Assembly (NCBI RefSeq): GCF_006345805.1
Contig: NC_042998.1
Location: 198,090,001 to 198,154,000, forward strand
Direction of reading: 5' to 3'
DNA length: 64,000 nt
DNA from: Octopus sinensis
Lineage: Eukaryota
How positions within the stretch are numbered: position 1 is the stretch's first letter; every line of letters starts with the position of its first letter. The notes under the pieces are model-generated. The model ran no database searches and had not been told where the DNA came from. It was given only the letters and a program-made list of their open reading frames with translations. The position numbers and the translations under genes are program-made. Shown here one piece after another: positions 62,915 through 64,000 of the stretch.

Positions 62915-63971
62915 GAACAAAACACATCGCTAAAATTGCTAAGAAGGCTGAGGGTGCCTTGGCATCACTCATCAAGTCCTTTGTGAGCCGCTCTCTGGCT
63001 ATCTATCTGCGGCTTTATATAGCTATGGTGCAACCTCACCTGGAATTTGCATCACCTGTCTGGAACCCCTATCTTGCCCAGGATATTAATTGTCTGGTAG
63101 CCATTCAGCGACGTGCAACCAAGAGAATACCCTCCTCCAGGCATTTGCCATATCCTGAACGCCTTACTTCCCTGGGCATGGACACATTGAAACTCCGACG
63201 TCTGGCAGCTGACTTGGCAGACACCCATAAGATTATTAACCATCTTACAAACAATAACTCTGAGCACCTTTTCAAACTCCACCTGTCTAACACCCGTGGG
63301 CATGTTTACAAAGTCAGTAAACAGCACAGCTCCCATGACTTTCGGAAACATTTTTTCATGCTAAGAGTTGCTGAAGCATAGAACAAACTGCCGGCATCAG
63401 TTGTTAGTTGTCGGAGCACTGCATCCTTCAAAACTTCCATGCTTCCTGAGATTCGCCAACACTACACCTGATTTTCTCCCCTCCATACACACAAGCAAGC
63501 ATGTATCTGACTCATACACTGTTCACTTCCCAGACATTTGTACATTACTGCATGTACTTTATATGCACTTTTGACAAGTTGTGGTGCATCTGAGCACTGT
63601 ATACAATAATTTCATTATTATTATTATTATAACACCTGTGGACATGTTTACAAAGTCAGTAAACAGCACAGCTCCCATGACTTTCGGAAACATTTTTTCA
63701 CGCTAAGAGTTGCTGAAGCATGGAACAGACTGCCGGCATCAGTTGTTAGTTGTTGGAGCACTGCATCCTTCAAAACTTCCATGCTTCCTGAGATTCGCCA
63801 ACACTACACCTGATTTTCTCCCCTCCATACACACAAGCAAGCATGTATCTGACTCATACACTGTTCACTTCCCAGACATTTGTACATTACTGCATATACT
63901 TTATACGCACTTTTGACAAGTTGTGGTGCACCTGAGCACTGTATACAATAATTTCATTATTATTATTATAT
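62915..63971 (+). mobile_element. CR1-clade LINE 3' portion (62915-63630) followed by a second 3' copy (63631-63971)
   Basis: KHIAKIAKKA..LIKSF..YIAMVQPHLEFASPVWNPYL..IQRRATKRIP..YPERL..L.LRRL with a premature stop at 63381; both copies end in (ATT)n. Confidence 0.9.
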
Positions 63972-64000
63972 AGTGAAACAGTGATGTTGTGGTGGTTGTG

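Overview
AT-rich, repeat-dense eukaryotic genomic DNA. The SINE/LINE complement resembles coleoid cephalopod (Octopus) repeats as I recall them; this is inference, not a database result. The window is almost entirely intronic. I find three spliced coding exons on the minus strand (43382-43323, 23401-22868, 6513-6447). All have canonical AG/GT boundaries and join in frame into a low-complexity lumenal segment followed by a transmembrane helix, DIYFIAIIAACSVAGFVGIIVAAVCWY, characteristic of the NPDC1/CAB-1 family. The 5' and 3' exons lie outside the window. The rest is tRNA-derived SINEs (labelled S1, S2, S4 here), an RTE-tailed SINE (S3), 3' fragments of RTE, CR1 and Penelope-like retroelements, a TTAA piggyBac-type MITE, Helitron-type ends, many micro/minisatellites and one 100-N gap. 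Nearly all long ORFs in the supplied track are microsatellite or SINE artefacts. Most unusual signals: (1) a SINE family with TACC-matched target-site duplications, fixed-junction multimers and complete sense-strand bias; (2) a diverged 28S rRNA fragment spanning the R2/R1 target sites inside a GC-rich cassette; (3) a 188-bp palindrome-rich insertion with TSD and A-tail beside the TM exon; (4) inverted pairs of minimal hammerhead-like motifs; (5) a 7x tandem array of SINE Pol III heads. Repeat coordinates are approximate, read by eye.
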